A program made the translations under genes and the position numbers. From NCBI GenBank assembly GCA_964652315.1, contig CAZZBU010000001.1, forward strand, positions 15,221-79,220: a DNA stretch of 64,000 nucleotides. Direction: 5' to 3'. The notes below the pieces were generated by a model. It was not told the DNA's origin. It did not search any database and was given only the letters and a program-made list of their open reading frames with translations. Source of the stretch: an uncultured Bacteroidales bacterium. Its GTDB lineage: Bacteria; Bacteroidota; Bacteroidia; Bacteroidales; JAAAOM01. Below, piece after piece: positions 34,919-44,668 of the stretch; position 1 is the first letter of the stretch, and the number at the start of each line of letters is the position of its first letter.

Positions 34919-34949
34919 CAAAAGTAATCATTCAATTGAAAATAACAAA
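34919..34949 (-). promoter_or_regulatory. Bacteroidota sigma-A promoter for the L31 gene (TTTG-N19-TACTTTTG)
   Basis: Minus-strand read: TTTGTTATTTTCAATTGAATGATTACTTTTG. The -7 box is at 34919-34926 and is followed by GCACACCAATTT, which recurs at the tRNA-His promoter. Confidence 0.6.
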
Positions 34950-34979
34950 GTTTGAAGTTCAAAATTTTCATGATACTTC

Positions 34980-36185
34980 TTATTCTTTTGCTGTTTTAAC
35001 ATTTTTTTTTGCCTTCATGCTTTCGTTTGTAAATCGTTCAAAAGGTGCATTTTTATCAAATAAATACCTCATGGTTGCATGAGTTTTGGTGTGTTGGCCA
35101 CCAATATGTTTGTAAATGCGTATCATTTCTTCATTATAATCACCTACCCATGATAGCTCAATTTCTTTATGCTGGGGTTTCTTATCCAATGCTTTAACAT
35201 ACTGAAGAAAGAGTGCCCCAAGGATACCTGATTTTTGAAATTCAGGAATAACACCAGCAATTAACACACGGCTACGGTTTATTAGTTTACGCTTTTTTCT
35301 GATAAGGAAACGAATTTTATTGATCAGATTAAGTTTTCCTTTGAATGGTTTAATGATTTGATTCACATCAGGAAAAACAATTACCATAGCAATTGGTTTT
35401 CCTTCATGATAGGCAAACCAGATTAAATCTTCATCAATGATTGGTTTTGCCTCGTCCACCATCTGACGCACATCTGCTGATTGCAGCGGGGCATAACTTT
35501 CCAGGTAACTCGACCAGATAATGTTATATGTTTCAACCAGATCGGAAATGTATTTTTCTGCATTGTCAAACCTGAAATGTTCAAAAGTATATTCCGGTTT
35601 ACTCGCGATGTACTCAGCAAATTTTACCATACGTGCCGGAAACCCTTTGTTAAGATCAACATGATAGGTGTGTTGCTTAAAATATTCACGGAATCCGTAT
35701 TTGTCAAAGAGGTCTTTGTAATATGGTTTATGATAAGGCATACCATATGCCTGTTGCATGTACCCTTCGATCAGAAGTCCCCAGTTGACAAAGTTTTCAC
35801 CAAAGTTTATGGGGCCGTCCATGGCCTCCATTCCATTTGCGCTCAACCATTCTTTGGCGGTGTCGAACAATTGGTTTGCTGCCTGCTGATCATTGATGCA
35901 TTCAAAAAAACCAATTCCACCTGTGGGCTGCAAATTGTTGTTCATCGCTTTTTTTTCATCATAAAAAGCTGCAATCCGGCCTATTGTTGTACCTTTTTTG
36001 TCTTGGAGAATCCATCTTTGCGCATCGCCCGACTTGAAGCATTTGTTATGCTCAGGATTAAAAATCGCTTCGATTTCTATATCAAGCGGATTTACATAAT
36101 ACGAATTATCAGCATATATCTTTCGGGGAAGATTATGAAATGCTTTTTTCGTTTTGTCAGAGTTAACAGAAATTACCTTCATCAT
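34980..36185 (-). CDS. Conserved hypothetical protein, possibly a GNAT-fold acyltransferase
   Basis: 401-aa ORF with start/stop overlap TAATG with the upstream aminotransferase gene. C-terminal LIAGVIPEFQKSGILGALF resembles an acyl-CoA-binding segment. Function not established. Confidence 0.5.
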   Translation of the reverse strand: MMKVISVNSDKTKKAFHNLPRKIYADNSYYVNPLDIEIEAIFNPEHNKCFKSGDAQRWILQDKKGTTIGRIAAFYDEKKAMNNNLQPTGGIGFFECINDQQAANQLFDTAKEWLSANGMEAMDGPINFGENFVNWGLLIEGYMQQAYGMPYHKPYYKDLFDKYGFREYFKQHTYHVDLNKGFPARMVKFAEYIASKPEYTFEHFRFDNAEKYISDLVETYNIIWSSYLESYAPLQSADVRQMVDEAKPIIDEDLIWFAYHEGKPIAMVIVFPDVNQIIKPFKGKLNLINKIRFLIRKKRKLINRSRVLIAGVIPEFQKSGILGALFLQYVKALDKKPQHKEIELSWVGDYNEEMIRIYKHIGGQHTKTHATMRYLFDKNAPFERFTNESMKAKKNVKTAKE

Positions 36186-37702
36186 TATACAATTTTAAAC
36201 CATTCCCTGATTTGATTTGAATTTAAGTGTTTATCGTCTTTGTGAATATATTCGTTTCTTTTTGAAATGTAAATGTAATCACCGGCCCATGTGGTGTGAT
36301 GCTTTACAATTTCTTCAATAGCATATAAAGTGTACTTGATTTCCAGGTCGGTAGTAGTGGGGTGCAAAGACCACCGGATCCAGCCGGGTTTTTCTGACAG
36401 GTCACCATGGTTGATAAGATCAGTAATTTCTTTGGACCTGTCGTGGCTTACTTCCAGCAAAAAATGTCCGTAAGTGCCTGCACAAGCACACCCGCCGCGC
36501 ATCTGTATTCCAAACTTATCGTTAAGTAACTTGACAAAAAGATTAAACTGAATCTGGGTATGATAGAATGAAATAATACCAAGTCGATCCTCAACATTGT
36601 CAGCCAGGATGCGGATACCCGGGATTTTCCGAAGGGCATTGAAGACCATTTTTATTTGTTCTTTTTCCCGGGCAAGAATATTGCCAACGCCCATGTTTTC
36701 CTTCAGTTCCATTGCCATGGTAGCTTTAATAGCTTGAAGGAAACCGGGGGTGCCTCCATCTTCGCGGACTTCAATATCGTCAACATATTTATATTCTCCC
36801 CAGGGGTTGGTCCAATCTACCGTACCACCACCCGGATTATCGGGTACATCGTTATGGTAAAGGCTTTTATCAAATATAATTACACCCGATGAACCGGGCC
36901 CGCCAAGAAATTTATGGGGCGAAAAATATATGGCATCCAGTTTTTCTTCCGGATCATCAGGGTGCATGTTAATGTTCACATAAGGGGCTGAGGCTGCAAA
37001 ATCCACAAAGCAGATCCCTCCGTGTTTATGCATGATTTTTGCCATGTCGTGATAGGGAGTTTCTATCCCGGTGACATTGGAACAGGCAGTAAAAGCTCCG
37101 ATTTTAAATTTCCTGTATTGGTATTTTTTAAGCTCTTTTTCCAACCTGTTGAGATCGATCAGTAAATCTTTATCTGGTGTAAGCAAAACAACATCTGCGA
37201 TGGTTTCGTACCAGGAGGTGTGATTGGAATGGTGTTCCATGTGGGTAATAAATACTACCGGTCGTTCTTCTTCTCTGAATGAATCGCTGTAAACCAGATT
37301 CTGGTTAAACTTCAGGCTCAGCATTCGTTGAAGTTTGTTTACAACAGTGGTCATGCCCGATCCGGCTGTGATGATGACATCCTCGGGGCCGGCATTTACA
37401 AGCTGCTTCATCCGTTTATGTGCGTGATGGTAACTCAAAGTCATCAGGGTGCCTGTTTCGGTAGATTCGGTATGGGTATTGCCAACAAAAGGGCCCAAAT
37501 CATTGATAATTCTATCTTCAATGGGTTTGTAAAGCCTGCCGCTGGCCACCCAGTCAGCATATATCAGATCCTTTGTGCCGTAGGGTGATTGAAATACGAC
37601 ATCATGCCCGATAATATTTTTACGGTACTTATCAAAGTATTTTTCAAGCTGCTCCATACCTGCGTTAGATCTTTCTGCGATATTATATATTTTATTCGAC
37701 AT
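36185..37702 (-). CDS. Class V aminotransferase-fold PLP-dependent enzyme (cysteine desulfurase/lyase-like)
   Basis: 505 aa with PLP-lysine context AIYFSPHKFLGGPGSSGVIIF and GxT/HxxH segments typical of fold-type I class V enzymes. Confidence 0.7.
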   Translation of the reverse strand: MSNKIYNIAERSNAGMEQLEKYFDKYRKNIIGHDVVFQSPYGTKDLIYADWVASGRLYKPIEDRIINDLGPFVGNTHTESTETGTLMTLSYHHAHKRMKQLVNAGPEDVIITAGSGMTTVVNKLQRMLSLKFNQNLVYSDSFREEERPVVFITHMEHHSNHTSWYETIADVVLLTPDKDLLIDLNRLEKELKKYQYRKFKIGAFTACSNVTGIETPYHDMAKIMHKHGGICFVDFAASAPYVNINMHPDDPEEKLDAIYFSPHKFLGGPGSSGVIIFDKSLYHNDVPDNPGGGTVDWTNPWGEYKYVDDIEVREDGGTPGFLQAIKATMAMELKENMGVGNILAREKEQIKMVFNALRKIPGIRILADNVEDRLGIISFYHTQIQFNLFVKLLNDKFGIQMRGGCACAGTYGHFLLEVSHDRSKEITDLINHGDLSEKPGWIRWSLHPTTTDLEIKYTLYAIEEIVKHHTTWAGDYIYISKRNEYIHKDDKHLNSNQIREWFKIV

Positions 37703-37747
37703 GAGTCATGATATTTTGCAATAACATCGAATGATTCGAAACACTAT

Positions 37748-39097
37748 TTATCGCCCGAATACCTGGATTACATCGCGGTCTATTAATACAAACGTTAACA
37801 CCAGTAATGTTGAATAAATGCTGTATGCAACCAGGGGTATGTATCTGTTGGGTTTTATACCAAGCTTAACATAGGTATATACAATTTGAGTTGATTTTTC
37901 AAACAAATAAGCGAGTACTGTCCCCAGGGCAACCCCCACCAATCCATAATGATTAGCGAGGAACACACTTAATATAATATTTATTGTAAGACTTACAACT
38001 GCAATCTGCATAATGGCTTTGGTTTTTTTAAGACCTATAATGATGGTGTTCGGGAATAATAACCGGCTGGTGATCATTAGCAGATACACCATAAACACAT
38101 CAGAACTACGGGTGAAATCCTCGTTAAACAGGCGAGGAAAAAAAAAGTCACTGAAAAATAACAATACAAGGGATGCCGGAAACAAAGCATGCATCAATCT
38201 GCGTGATCTTCGTCGTAAGGAGGTGAGTGCATCAGAGATTTTTTGGCTGTTGTAAAATTCAGGCAACAGCCCATTGTGCAATCCGGTTGCCAGCATAACT
38301 ACCAGGGGAAGCTCTTTTGCTCCGTACCTGAAAAGGGCAAAGGCCTGACTGTCGAATTTCAGGGCAACCACCATCCCATCGATGTATTGAGCCGAACCTG
38401 TGAGCAAAGTGCTTATTATAAGTGGATATCCAAGCTGAAGGTGGGCTTTTAGGAAGGGCAATGACAGGGTGAGTTTTGCATATTTTTTTAGCAGGGCAAT
38501 TAACCAAAGAAAACGAATGGCACTGATGATGACTAACCCCCATATAGCTATATCTATTCCGTGCCCAAGGATTACCGGTCCGGCCACAATTACCAGCTGC
38601 ACCGAAAAGGTAAGTAAGGAATAGTTAACTATTTGATTTGATTTATTTCTTAAAAGGTAGATGTATTCGATAAGGTGGGTTGGGTTACTGATGAGAATAT
38701 ACAGCAGGATTAAATCAAGATGGGGGAGGGTTGACATTTTATCAAACAGGTAAATATTATGTTTGACAATATGCCCCAATGCAAAGATTAGTATGCTGAA
38801 TGAAAGAATTAAAACAAAGGCATTGAAGATTTCAGGTGATTTGTGTTCGGTATTAATTTTTTCACCTGGAAAAGCCGCGTTGTTATTATACAAGGGTAAG
38901 AAAGACTGGATGAGGCCTGTAAGCCAGAAATAACTTACAATGCTGGAAATGAACAAAAGAAACTCAAAGTTACCCAGTTCTGTTGTTGTTAATCCCGACT
39001 TGGCAAAAATGATACTTATTAACAGGAAAGTAATGAACCTCGACAGGTGGAAAACCTGCAAGCCCGATACATTGCTGATGGATATTTTTTTTCCCAA
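37748..39097 (-). CDS. MOP/Wzx-type polysaccharide or oligosaccharide flippase-like membrane protein
   Basis: 449 aa, about 12-14 hydrophobic helices throughout. Typical size and composition of the polysaccharide biosynthesis protein family. Confidence 0.6.
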   Translation of the reverse strand: MGKKISISNVSGLQVFHLSRFITFLLISIIFAKSGLTTTELGNFEFLLFISSIVSYFWLTGLIQSFLPLYNNNAAFPGEKINTEHKSPEIFNAFVLILSFSILIFALGHIVKHNIYLFDKMSTLPHLDLILLYILISNPTHLIEYIYLLRNKSNQIVNYSLLTFSVQLVIVAGPVILGHGIDIAIWGLVIISAIRFLWLIALLKKYAKLTLSLPFLKAHLQLGYPLIISTLLTGSAQYIDGMVVALKFDSQAFALFRYGAKELPLVVMLATGLHNGLLPEFYNSQKISDALTSLRRRSRRLMHALFPASLVLLFFSDFFFPRLFNEDFTRSSDVFMVYLLMITSRLLFPNTIIIGLKKTKAIMQIAVVSLTINIILSVFLANHYGLVGVALGTVLAYLFEKSTQIVYTYVKLGIKPNRYIPLVAYSIYSTLLVLTFVLIDRDVIQVFGR

Positions 39098-39148
39098 ATG
39101 CCTTTTTTCTGAAGATTAAATTTCAGCTGGCAAATATCACCTAAAAAT

Positions 39149-39178
39149 ATTGAAAATTAAAAATAATATTTATCTTTG
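39149..39178 (+). promoter_or_regulatory. Candidate promoter for tRNA-His (ATTG-N18-TATCTTTG)
   Basis: The -7 box TATCTTTG at 39171-39178 is followed by GCACACCAATTT, the same as the L31 promoter. The tRNA starts ~65 nt downstream. Confidence 0.5.
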
Positions 39179-39242
39179 CACACCAATTTTGCAATGCAGC
39201 AGCGTATTGCGGGCAAAGCAGGGTTTTTTTAAGATGAAACAT

Positions 39243-39319
39243 GGTGGTTGTAGCTCAGCTGGTTAGAGCACCAGATTGTGGTTCTGGGGGTCGTGGGTTC
39301 GAATCCCATCATCCACCCA
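39243..39319 (+). tRNA. tRNA-His (anticodon GTG)
   Basis: Cloverleaf folded by hand. Extra G-1 is characteristic of tRNA-His. D-arm GCTCAGCTGGTTAGAGC, anticodon arm CCAGA-TTGTGGT-TCTGG, T-arm GTGGG-TTCGAAT-CCCAT. One U-U mismatch in the acceptor stem. Confidence 0.88.
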
Positions 39320-39323
39320 AAAA

Positions 39324-39347
39324 CCTCTCCAAACGGGGAGGTTTTTT
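39324..39347 (+). terminator. Rho-independent terminator after tRNA-His, possibly bidirectional
   Basis: CCTCTCC-AAAC-GGGGAGG (one G-U pair) followed by TTTTTT. An A-run on the 5' side could serve the convergent folA. Confidence 0.7.
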
Positions 39348-39453
39348 AATATCACAACTTTCCATACAGGAACGGGGCTTAGGGTCCCTTTTTGCTTCGG
39401 GCTTTTTCTGAAAAATATTTTGCCGGGGGTGGACAAGCTGCTTTATCTTATCC

Positions 39454-39948
39454 TTATTTCCTTTTAAGGGTAATGAATGAATACGGATAAGCATGCTTTT
39501 CATCCGAAGGATAACGGATGTTTTCTATTTCCTTAAAGGCAGAATCATCAAACTCAGGAAAAAAAGTATCTGCTTCCTCGAAAATGGCATGCACACGGGT
39601 AAGGTAAAGTTTATCGGTATGAGGCAGGAATTCTTTATATACTTTTGCACCTCCCAGAATAAATACCTCAGCATGTCCTTTGGTTATGTCCAATACTTGC
39701 TCAACAGTGTTTGCCATGGTACAGCCTTCATAATTCAGGGTTTTGTTGGTAGTTAAAATGATGTTTTCACGGTTTTTTAAAGGCCCGCCTGGCAGCGACA
39801 GGTAAGTTTTACGCCCCATTACCACCGGATGTCCACTGGTGATTGATTTGAACCGTTTAAGATCATTGGGCAGGTGCCAGAGCAAATCATTGTCTTTGCC
39901 AATGGCATTATTTTCGGCTAATGCTACTACAATGGATATTATTGGCAT
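39454..39948 (-). CDS. folA: Dihydrofolate reductase
   Basis: 164 aa: IVVALAENNAIGKDNDLLWHLPNDLKRFKSITSGHPVVMGRKTYLSL. Confidence 0.92.
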   Translation of the reverse strand: MPIISIVVALAENNAIGKDNDLLWHLPNDLKRFKSITSGHPVVMGRKTYLSLPGGPLKNRENIILTTNKTLNYEGCTMANTVEQVLDITKGHAEVFILGGAKVYKEFLPHTDKLYLTRVHAIFEEADTFFPEFDDSAFKEIENIRYPSDEKHAYPYSFITLKRK

Positions 39949-39957
39949 ATACTGGTT

Positions 39958-41109
39958 TTATTCGAAGAATCCTTTCATTTTCTCAAAGAAGTTCCGATCT
40001 GTTGAATCGGGTTTGGGCTGAAAATTTTGTGAACGCTCAAGGTTTTCCAGGGCTTCCTTTTCGTCTTTTGAAAGGGATTTCGGTATCCATACATTGATGT
40101 TTACAAGTAAATCGCCGCGCCCGTAACCATTGACATCCGGCAATCCTTTACCTCTAAGCCTTAAAATTTTTCCGGGCTGGGTTCCTGCTTCCACTTTAAT
40201 TTTTACTTTGCTGTCAATGGTTGGCACCTCAAGCGTACCTCCGATGGCTGCTTTTGGAATACTGATGTATCCTGAGTAAATCAGGTCATTGCCATCACGC
40301 ACCAGTTCCGGATGTTTTTCTTCTTCGATGAGCACCAGCAAATCGCCATTTATGCCCCCGCGGCGTCCAGCATTGCCGCGTCCGCTAACGGACAGTTGCA
40401 TGCCTTCTGCCACACCGGCAGGGATGTTAATTTTAATTACTTCCTGGTCTTTTACAATACCTTCACCGTAACAGGATGTGCATTTTTCACGAATGATGCG
40501 TCCCTCGCCACCACATGTAGGGCATGTAGTTGTAGTCTGCATCTGGCCAAGCAGGGTGTTGGCAACCCTTGTAACCTGGCCACTACCACGGCAGGTTGAA
40601 CAATCATTGAACCCTGAACCTTCCTTGGCACCGGTGCCATCACATGTTGTACAGGTGATATATTTGTTAACCTTGATTTTTTTCTCTGCTCCGTGGGCTA
40701 TCTCATTCAGGGTCAGTTTTACTTTTACCCGGATGTTTGATCCTTTGTTAACCCTTCTTCCGCCGCCTGAGCTTCTTCCAAAGCCACCAAAACCGCCAAA
40801 GGCATCGCCAAAAATATCACCAAATGACGAAAAAATGTCTTCCATGGTCATGCCATGGCCTCCAAAGCCTCCGCCAGCAGCTCCGCCAACACCGGCATGT
40901 CCGAACTGATCATACCGTTTCCTTTTCTGATCATTGCTCAATACTTCATAAGCTTCGGCCGCTTCTTTGAATTTTTCTTCGGCTTCTGTGTTGCCAGGGT
41001 TTTTATCCGGATGATGTTTTAATGCCTGTTTCCGGTAGGCTTTTTTTATTTCCTCTTTGCTAGCGTTTTTTGATACTTCTAAAACTTCGTAATAATCTCG
41101 TTTCGCCAT
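39958..41109 (-). CDS. dnaJ: Molecular chaperone DnaJ
   Basis: J-domain with HPDKNP, G/F-rich linker, and four CxxCxGxG zinc-finger repeats. Confidence 0.95.
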   Translation of the reverse strand: MAKRDYYEVLEVSKNASKEEIKKAYRKQALKHHPDKNPGNTEAEEKFKEAAEAYEVLSNDQKRKRYDQFGHAGVGGAAGGGFGGHGMTMEDIFSSFGDIFGDAFGGFGGFGRSSGGGRRVNKGSNIRVKVKLTLNEIAHGAEKKIKVNKYITCTTCDGTGAKEGSGFNDCSTCRGSGQVTRVANTLLGQMQTTTTCPTCGGEGRIIREKCTSCYGEGIVKDQEVIKINIPAGVAEGMQLSVSGRGNAGRRGGINGDLLVLIEEEKHPELVRDGNDLIYSGYISIPKAAIGGTLEVPTIDSKVKIKVEAGTQPGKILRLRGKGLPDVNGYGRGDLLVNINVWIPKSLSKDEKEALENLERSQNFQPKPDSTDRNFFEKMKGFFE

Positions 41110-41138
41110 GTGATATTTATTTAAATTTTGTTGTGGGA

Positions 41139-41753
41139 TTATTCACCAACCACAACCTTCGCAAATCGGATAACTTTATCATTCAGTTTATAACCCTTTT
41201 GAATGACGTCCACTATCTTCCCTTTTTGATCCTCATTGGGTGCCGGTATTTTTGTTACAGCCTCATGCAAATCTGTATCAAACTCCTCATCAACCGCTTT
41301 GATTTCATGAACGCCGTTCTGCTTGAGGAAATCGGTGAATTTACTGTAAATAAGTTCAACGCCGTCTTTAACTGCCTTAATGTCTTTGGCATCACTTATA
41401 GTAGCCATGCCGCGCTCAAAATCGTCAACTACCGGTAGGAGTGAAACAAGCAATTGCTCACCGGCTGATTTTAGTAAGTCAGCTTTCTCACGCAGGGTAC
41501 GCTTGCGGTAATTGTCAAATTCAGCAGAGAGCCGCATGTATTTATCCTGCGATTCTGATAATTTCAATTGTAATTCTTCCAAAGGATCAACCTCCTTTAC
41601 CTTATCTTCTTCTTGTTTATTATCGGTGTTTCCTACCTCTTCGGTTTCATTTTTTATCTGGTTCTCAGCGGTAACTTCTTCCTGCTGTATGTTTTGTTCT
41701 TTTTCCATTTCTTTGTTTACCTTAACCTTTTGTTTTTTATTCTTCGAAGCCAT
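41139..41753 (-). CDS. grpE: Nucleotide exchange factor GrpE
   Basis: 204 aa with an acidic N-terminus. [19 protein letters not shown] and a C-terminal beta domain. Lies upstream of dnaJ. Confidence 0.92.
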   Translation of the reverse strand: MASKNKKQKVKVNKEMEKEQNIQQEEVTAENQIKNETEEVGNTDNKQEEDKVKEVDPLEELQLKLSESQDKYMRLSAEFDNYRKRTLREKADLLKSAGEQLLVSLLPVVDDFERGMATISDAKDIKAVKDGVELIYSKFTDFLKQNGVHEIKAVDEEFDTDLHEAVTKIPAPNEDQKGKIVDVIQKGYKLNDKVIRFAKVVVGE

Positions 41754-41900
41754 ACAGGTTTATATTTTTTTTTTAACTTAATTAATCTTATATACTGCAA
41801 TATAGTCATCACAAGTTTTCAAGAATTAAGGGTTAAACAAATAGTTTGCCATCCCTTGTGTCCCGACAAATTGACAGACTAAAACAGAAAATCGGTATAC

Positions 41901-41936
41901 AAAAAATAGACAGGGAATGGGTTAATTACCTTGTCT
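41901..41936 (-). terminator. Possible intrinsic terminator after the TlpA-like gene
   Basis: Minus-strand AGACAAGG-(loop)-CCTGTCT with one bulge, followed by ATTTTTT. Confidence 0.35.
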
Positions 41937-41960
41937 TTCTGTCTTTATTGAAGAGTTTTG

Positions 41961-42536
41961 TTATTTCAGATGCTCAGATAATTCTTCAGCCAATTGTTCT
42001 CCACGTAGTGCTTTTGCAACAATAATTCCATCACCGTCTATTAAATAATTGGTAGGAATACCACGGACATTATAAATTTTTGCAGCTTCCGAATTCCAGT
42101 ATTTCAGATCACTGACATGATATTCCCAGTTAAGGTTATCGTCTTCAATTGCTTTAACCCAGGCATCTTTGGTTCTGTCGAGTGAAACACTGTATATGGT
42201 AAACCCCTCACCATTCTTAAAATCGGCATCTTTAAATTTATCATAAACACCCACGATGTATGGGTTTTCTCTGCGGCAGGGAGGGCACCATGCTGCCCAG
42301 AAATCAATAAGCACTATTTTGCCTTCCAAAGAGGAGAGGGCAATGGGCTCACCATCAGGATTATTGAAAACCAACTCGGGGGCTTTATTACCTATTTCCA
42401 AACCTACTACAGGTTCGCTGGTAGGTTGACTTGCCTGTTTTTGGTTTTCTGTGTTCTTTTCATTTGGTGTGTTTGCCTGGCAAGTCACCAATAAAAATGA
42501 CATCAGGACCATCAATAACGAAGATTGTTTTATCAT
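41961..42536 (-). CDS. TlpA-family thiol:disulfide oxidoreductase lipoprotein
   Basis: Lipobox SFLLVT|C and active site FWAAWCPPCRRENP. Confidence 0.85.
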   Translation of the reverse strand: MIKQSSLLMVLMSFLLVTCQANTPNEKNTENQKQASQPTSEPVVGLEIGNKAPELVFNNPDGEPIALSSLEGKIVLIDFWAAWCPPCRRENPYIVGVYDKFKDADFKNGEGFTIYSVSLDRTKDAWVKAIEDDNLNWEYHVSDLKYWNSEAAKIYNVRGIPTNYLIDGDGIIVAKALRGEQLAEELSEHLK

Positions 42537-42634
42537 ATTTCTTTTGTTTTTCGTTTAACTGTTTTGTCTGTGCAAAAATATAAAAATATACATACCTGCA
42601 TATATCGTGCCTGAATAAAAAAGATGGAAAAGGA

Positions 42635-43939
42635 TCAGATGCGTTCAATGTTTGCTCCAATCTTCCGGAGTCGTTCATCGATATTCTGGTATCCGCGGTC
42701 TATCTGGTCGATGTTGTGAATTGTGGATGTTCCATCAGCGGAAAGAGCTGCAATTAATAAAGCAACTCCGGCACGGATATCAGGTGATGTGAGGGTTGTG
42801 GCCTTAAGCTTAATCTGATTATTGAGGCCGATTACAGTGGCGCGATGAGGATCACAAAGGATGATTTGTGCTCCCATATCAATGAGTTTATCTACAAAGA
42901 ACAGCCTGCTTTCGAACATTTTCTGATGGATAAGGACACTGCCTCTGGCCTGGGTGGCAACCACAAGAAGGACGCTTAGCAGATCGGGTGTGAGTCCCGG
43001 CCAGGGTGCATCATCAATCTTCATGATAGAACCGTCAATAAAGGTTTCAATTTCGTATGACTCCTGCGCCGGTATATAAATATCATCTTGTTTTCGTTCA
43101 AACCGAATACCCAGCCTACTGAAAGCTTCAGGGATTAGTCCGAGTTGGTTGTATCCGGTATTTTTTATGGTTATTTCGGAATGGGTCATGGCAGCCAGAC
43201 CAATGAAACTCCCTACTTCAATCATATCTGGTAAAATGGTATGCTCACAGCCATTTAAATAGTCAACACCCTCGATGCTAAGCAGGTTTGATCCGATTCC
43301 TGATATTTTGGCGCCCATCCTTTTTAGCATCAGGCATAATTGTTGGACATACGGCTCACAGGCAGCATGGTAAATGGTGGTTGTTCCTTTAGCCATGCTT
43401 GCTGCCATTAAGATATTGGCCGTACCGGTAACTGAGGCTTCGTCGAGAAGCATATAACTTCCTTTGAGCTCGGTTGCCTCAACCTTAAAGAATCTGGCTG
43501 AATCATCATATTCAAAAGTAGCTCCAAGGTTTTTAAAACCCTGGAAGTGGGTATCCAATCGACGGCGGCCAATTTTATCTCCACCAGGCCTGGGAATGTA
43601 TCCCTTACCAAATCGGGATAAAAGGGGCCCTACAATCATAATCGAACCTCTCAGGCTGGCAGCTTTCTGGCTGTATTCAGGACTAAGCAGATATTCAATA
43701 TCAATATCAGCAGCTTTAAAAGAATACGCCGCCTGGTCAATTTTTTTTACTGTAACACCCATGCATTGAAGCAAATCAATCAGGGCATTTACGTCGTGAA
43801 TATCAGGGATATTCCTGATGATAACTTCTTCCGGGGTAAGTAAAACGGCGCAGAGTATCTGCAAAGCCTCATTTTTAGCGCCCTGTGGGATGAGAGTGCC
43901 TTTAAGGGATCTACCTCCTTCAACCCTGAATGCTGCCAT
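42635..43939 (-). CDS. murA: UDP-N-acetylglucosamine 1-carboxyvinyltransferase
   Basis: 434 aa: GAKNEALQILCAVLL, RPGGDKIGRRRLDTH, C-terminal DRGYQNIDERLRKIGANI. Confidence 0.93.
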   Translation of the reverse strand: MAAFRVEGGRSLKGTLIPQGAKNEALQILCAVLLTPEEVIIRNIPDIHDVNALIDLLQCMGVTVKKIDQAAYSFKAADIDIEYLLSPEYSQKAASLRGSIMIVGPLLSRFGKGYIPRPGGDKIGRRRLDTHFQGFKNLGATFEYDDSARFFKVEATELKGSYMLLDEASVTGTANILMAASMAKGTTTIYHAACEPYVQQLCLMLKRMGAKISGIGSNLLSIEGVDYLNGCEHTILPDMIEVGSFIGLAAMTHSEITIKNTGYNQLGLIPEAFSRLGIRFERKQDDIYIPAQESYEIETFIDGSIMKIDDAPWPGLTPDLLSVLLVVATQARGSVLIHQKMFESRLFFVDKLIDMGAQIILCDPHRATVIGLNNQIKLKATTLTSPDIRAGVALLIAALSADGTSTIHNIDQIDRGYQNIDERLRKIGANIERI

Positions 43940-43949
43940 AAAGTTGGTA

Positions 43950-44558
43950 TTATTTTATTTTCCGAAGCGTTTTTTTCTTGCGTCCGCCGCTCTGTGGTTT
44001 TGGGATAAATTCTTTAGGATCCATGAGTTTAATTCCTTCAGGAATTTTCAGTCGTCCCTTTGATATTTGCTGCATGTCATTGAAAATCACAGAATCTGAA
44101 ACATTTTCACGATTCCATGTCACATAGGATTTTTTCATGTGATTGCCAATCATGGTAATGAAGGCATTTTTTTCAGGTCCGTCTTCCATGTCAACAGCCC
44201 GGTCGATAAACATTTCAACGATTTTACCATAATGTTTGAATTTTATGATGTAGTGGTTGTAAGGAATCGACCGTGGTTTTTCTTCCAGTAAGGCGGCTGT
44301 TGGAATTTCATAAGGGAAATCAATATCAAGCTCAAAATTTGACATGATAGCCAAATGATCCCATAATTTATGCTTAAAATCTTCGGTATCACGAAGGTGA
44401 GGGTTCATGTTACCCATTACCGTTATGATTGTCTGGGCGGCTTTGTTTCGTTCTTCGCGTGATTCAATGCCCTTGGTATATTCTACCATCTTCTGAATAT
44501 TTCTTCCATATTCAGGCAACACCAAATGTGTTCTGCTTGTATTATAATCGTAATCCAT
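43950..44558 (-). CDS. DUF4290-family protein
   Basis: 202 aa beginning MDYDYNTSRTHLVLPEYGRNIQKMVEY. Lies directly downstream of murA, the usual placement in Bacteroidota. Confidence 0.7.
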   Translation of the reverse strand: MDYDYNTSRTHLVLPEYGRNIQKMVEYTKGIESREERNKAAQTIITVMGNMNPHLRDTEDFKHKLWDHLAIMSNFELDIDFPYEIPTAALLEEKPRSIPYNHYIIKFKHYGKIVEMFIDRAVDMEDGPEKNAFITMIGNHMKKSYVTWNRENVSDSVIFNDMQQISKGRLKIPEGIKLMDPKEFIPKPQSGGRKKKTLRKIK

Positions 44559-44668
44559 AAAATAATTGCTTAATTGCTACAAAATTACATCTTTTATTAA
44601 GAAGTCTGAAATTTAACGTAACAAACTTCTTGAAAAGTGTGCTTTTTATTTTTTTCCTGAAATAAAAT

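Noticed and set aside
41754-41830. CTTGAAAACTTG sequence upstream of grpE, reminiscent of a sigma-32 -35 element. I also searched for a CIRCE inverted repeat.
   Set aside because: No matching -10 (CCCCATnT) element and no CIRCE (TTAGCACTC-N9-GAGTGCTAA) were seen. One hexamer-like match is not evidence.
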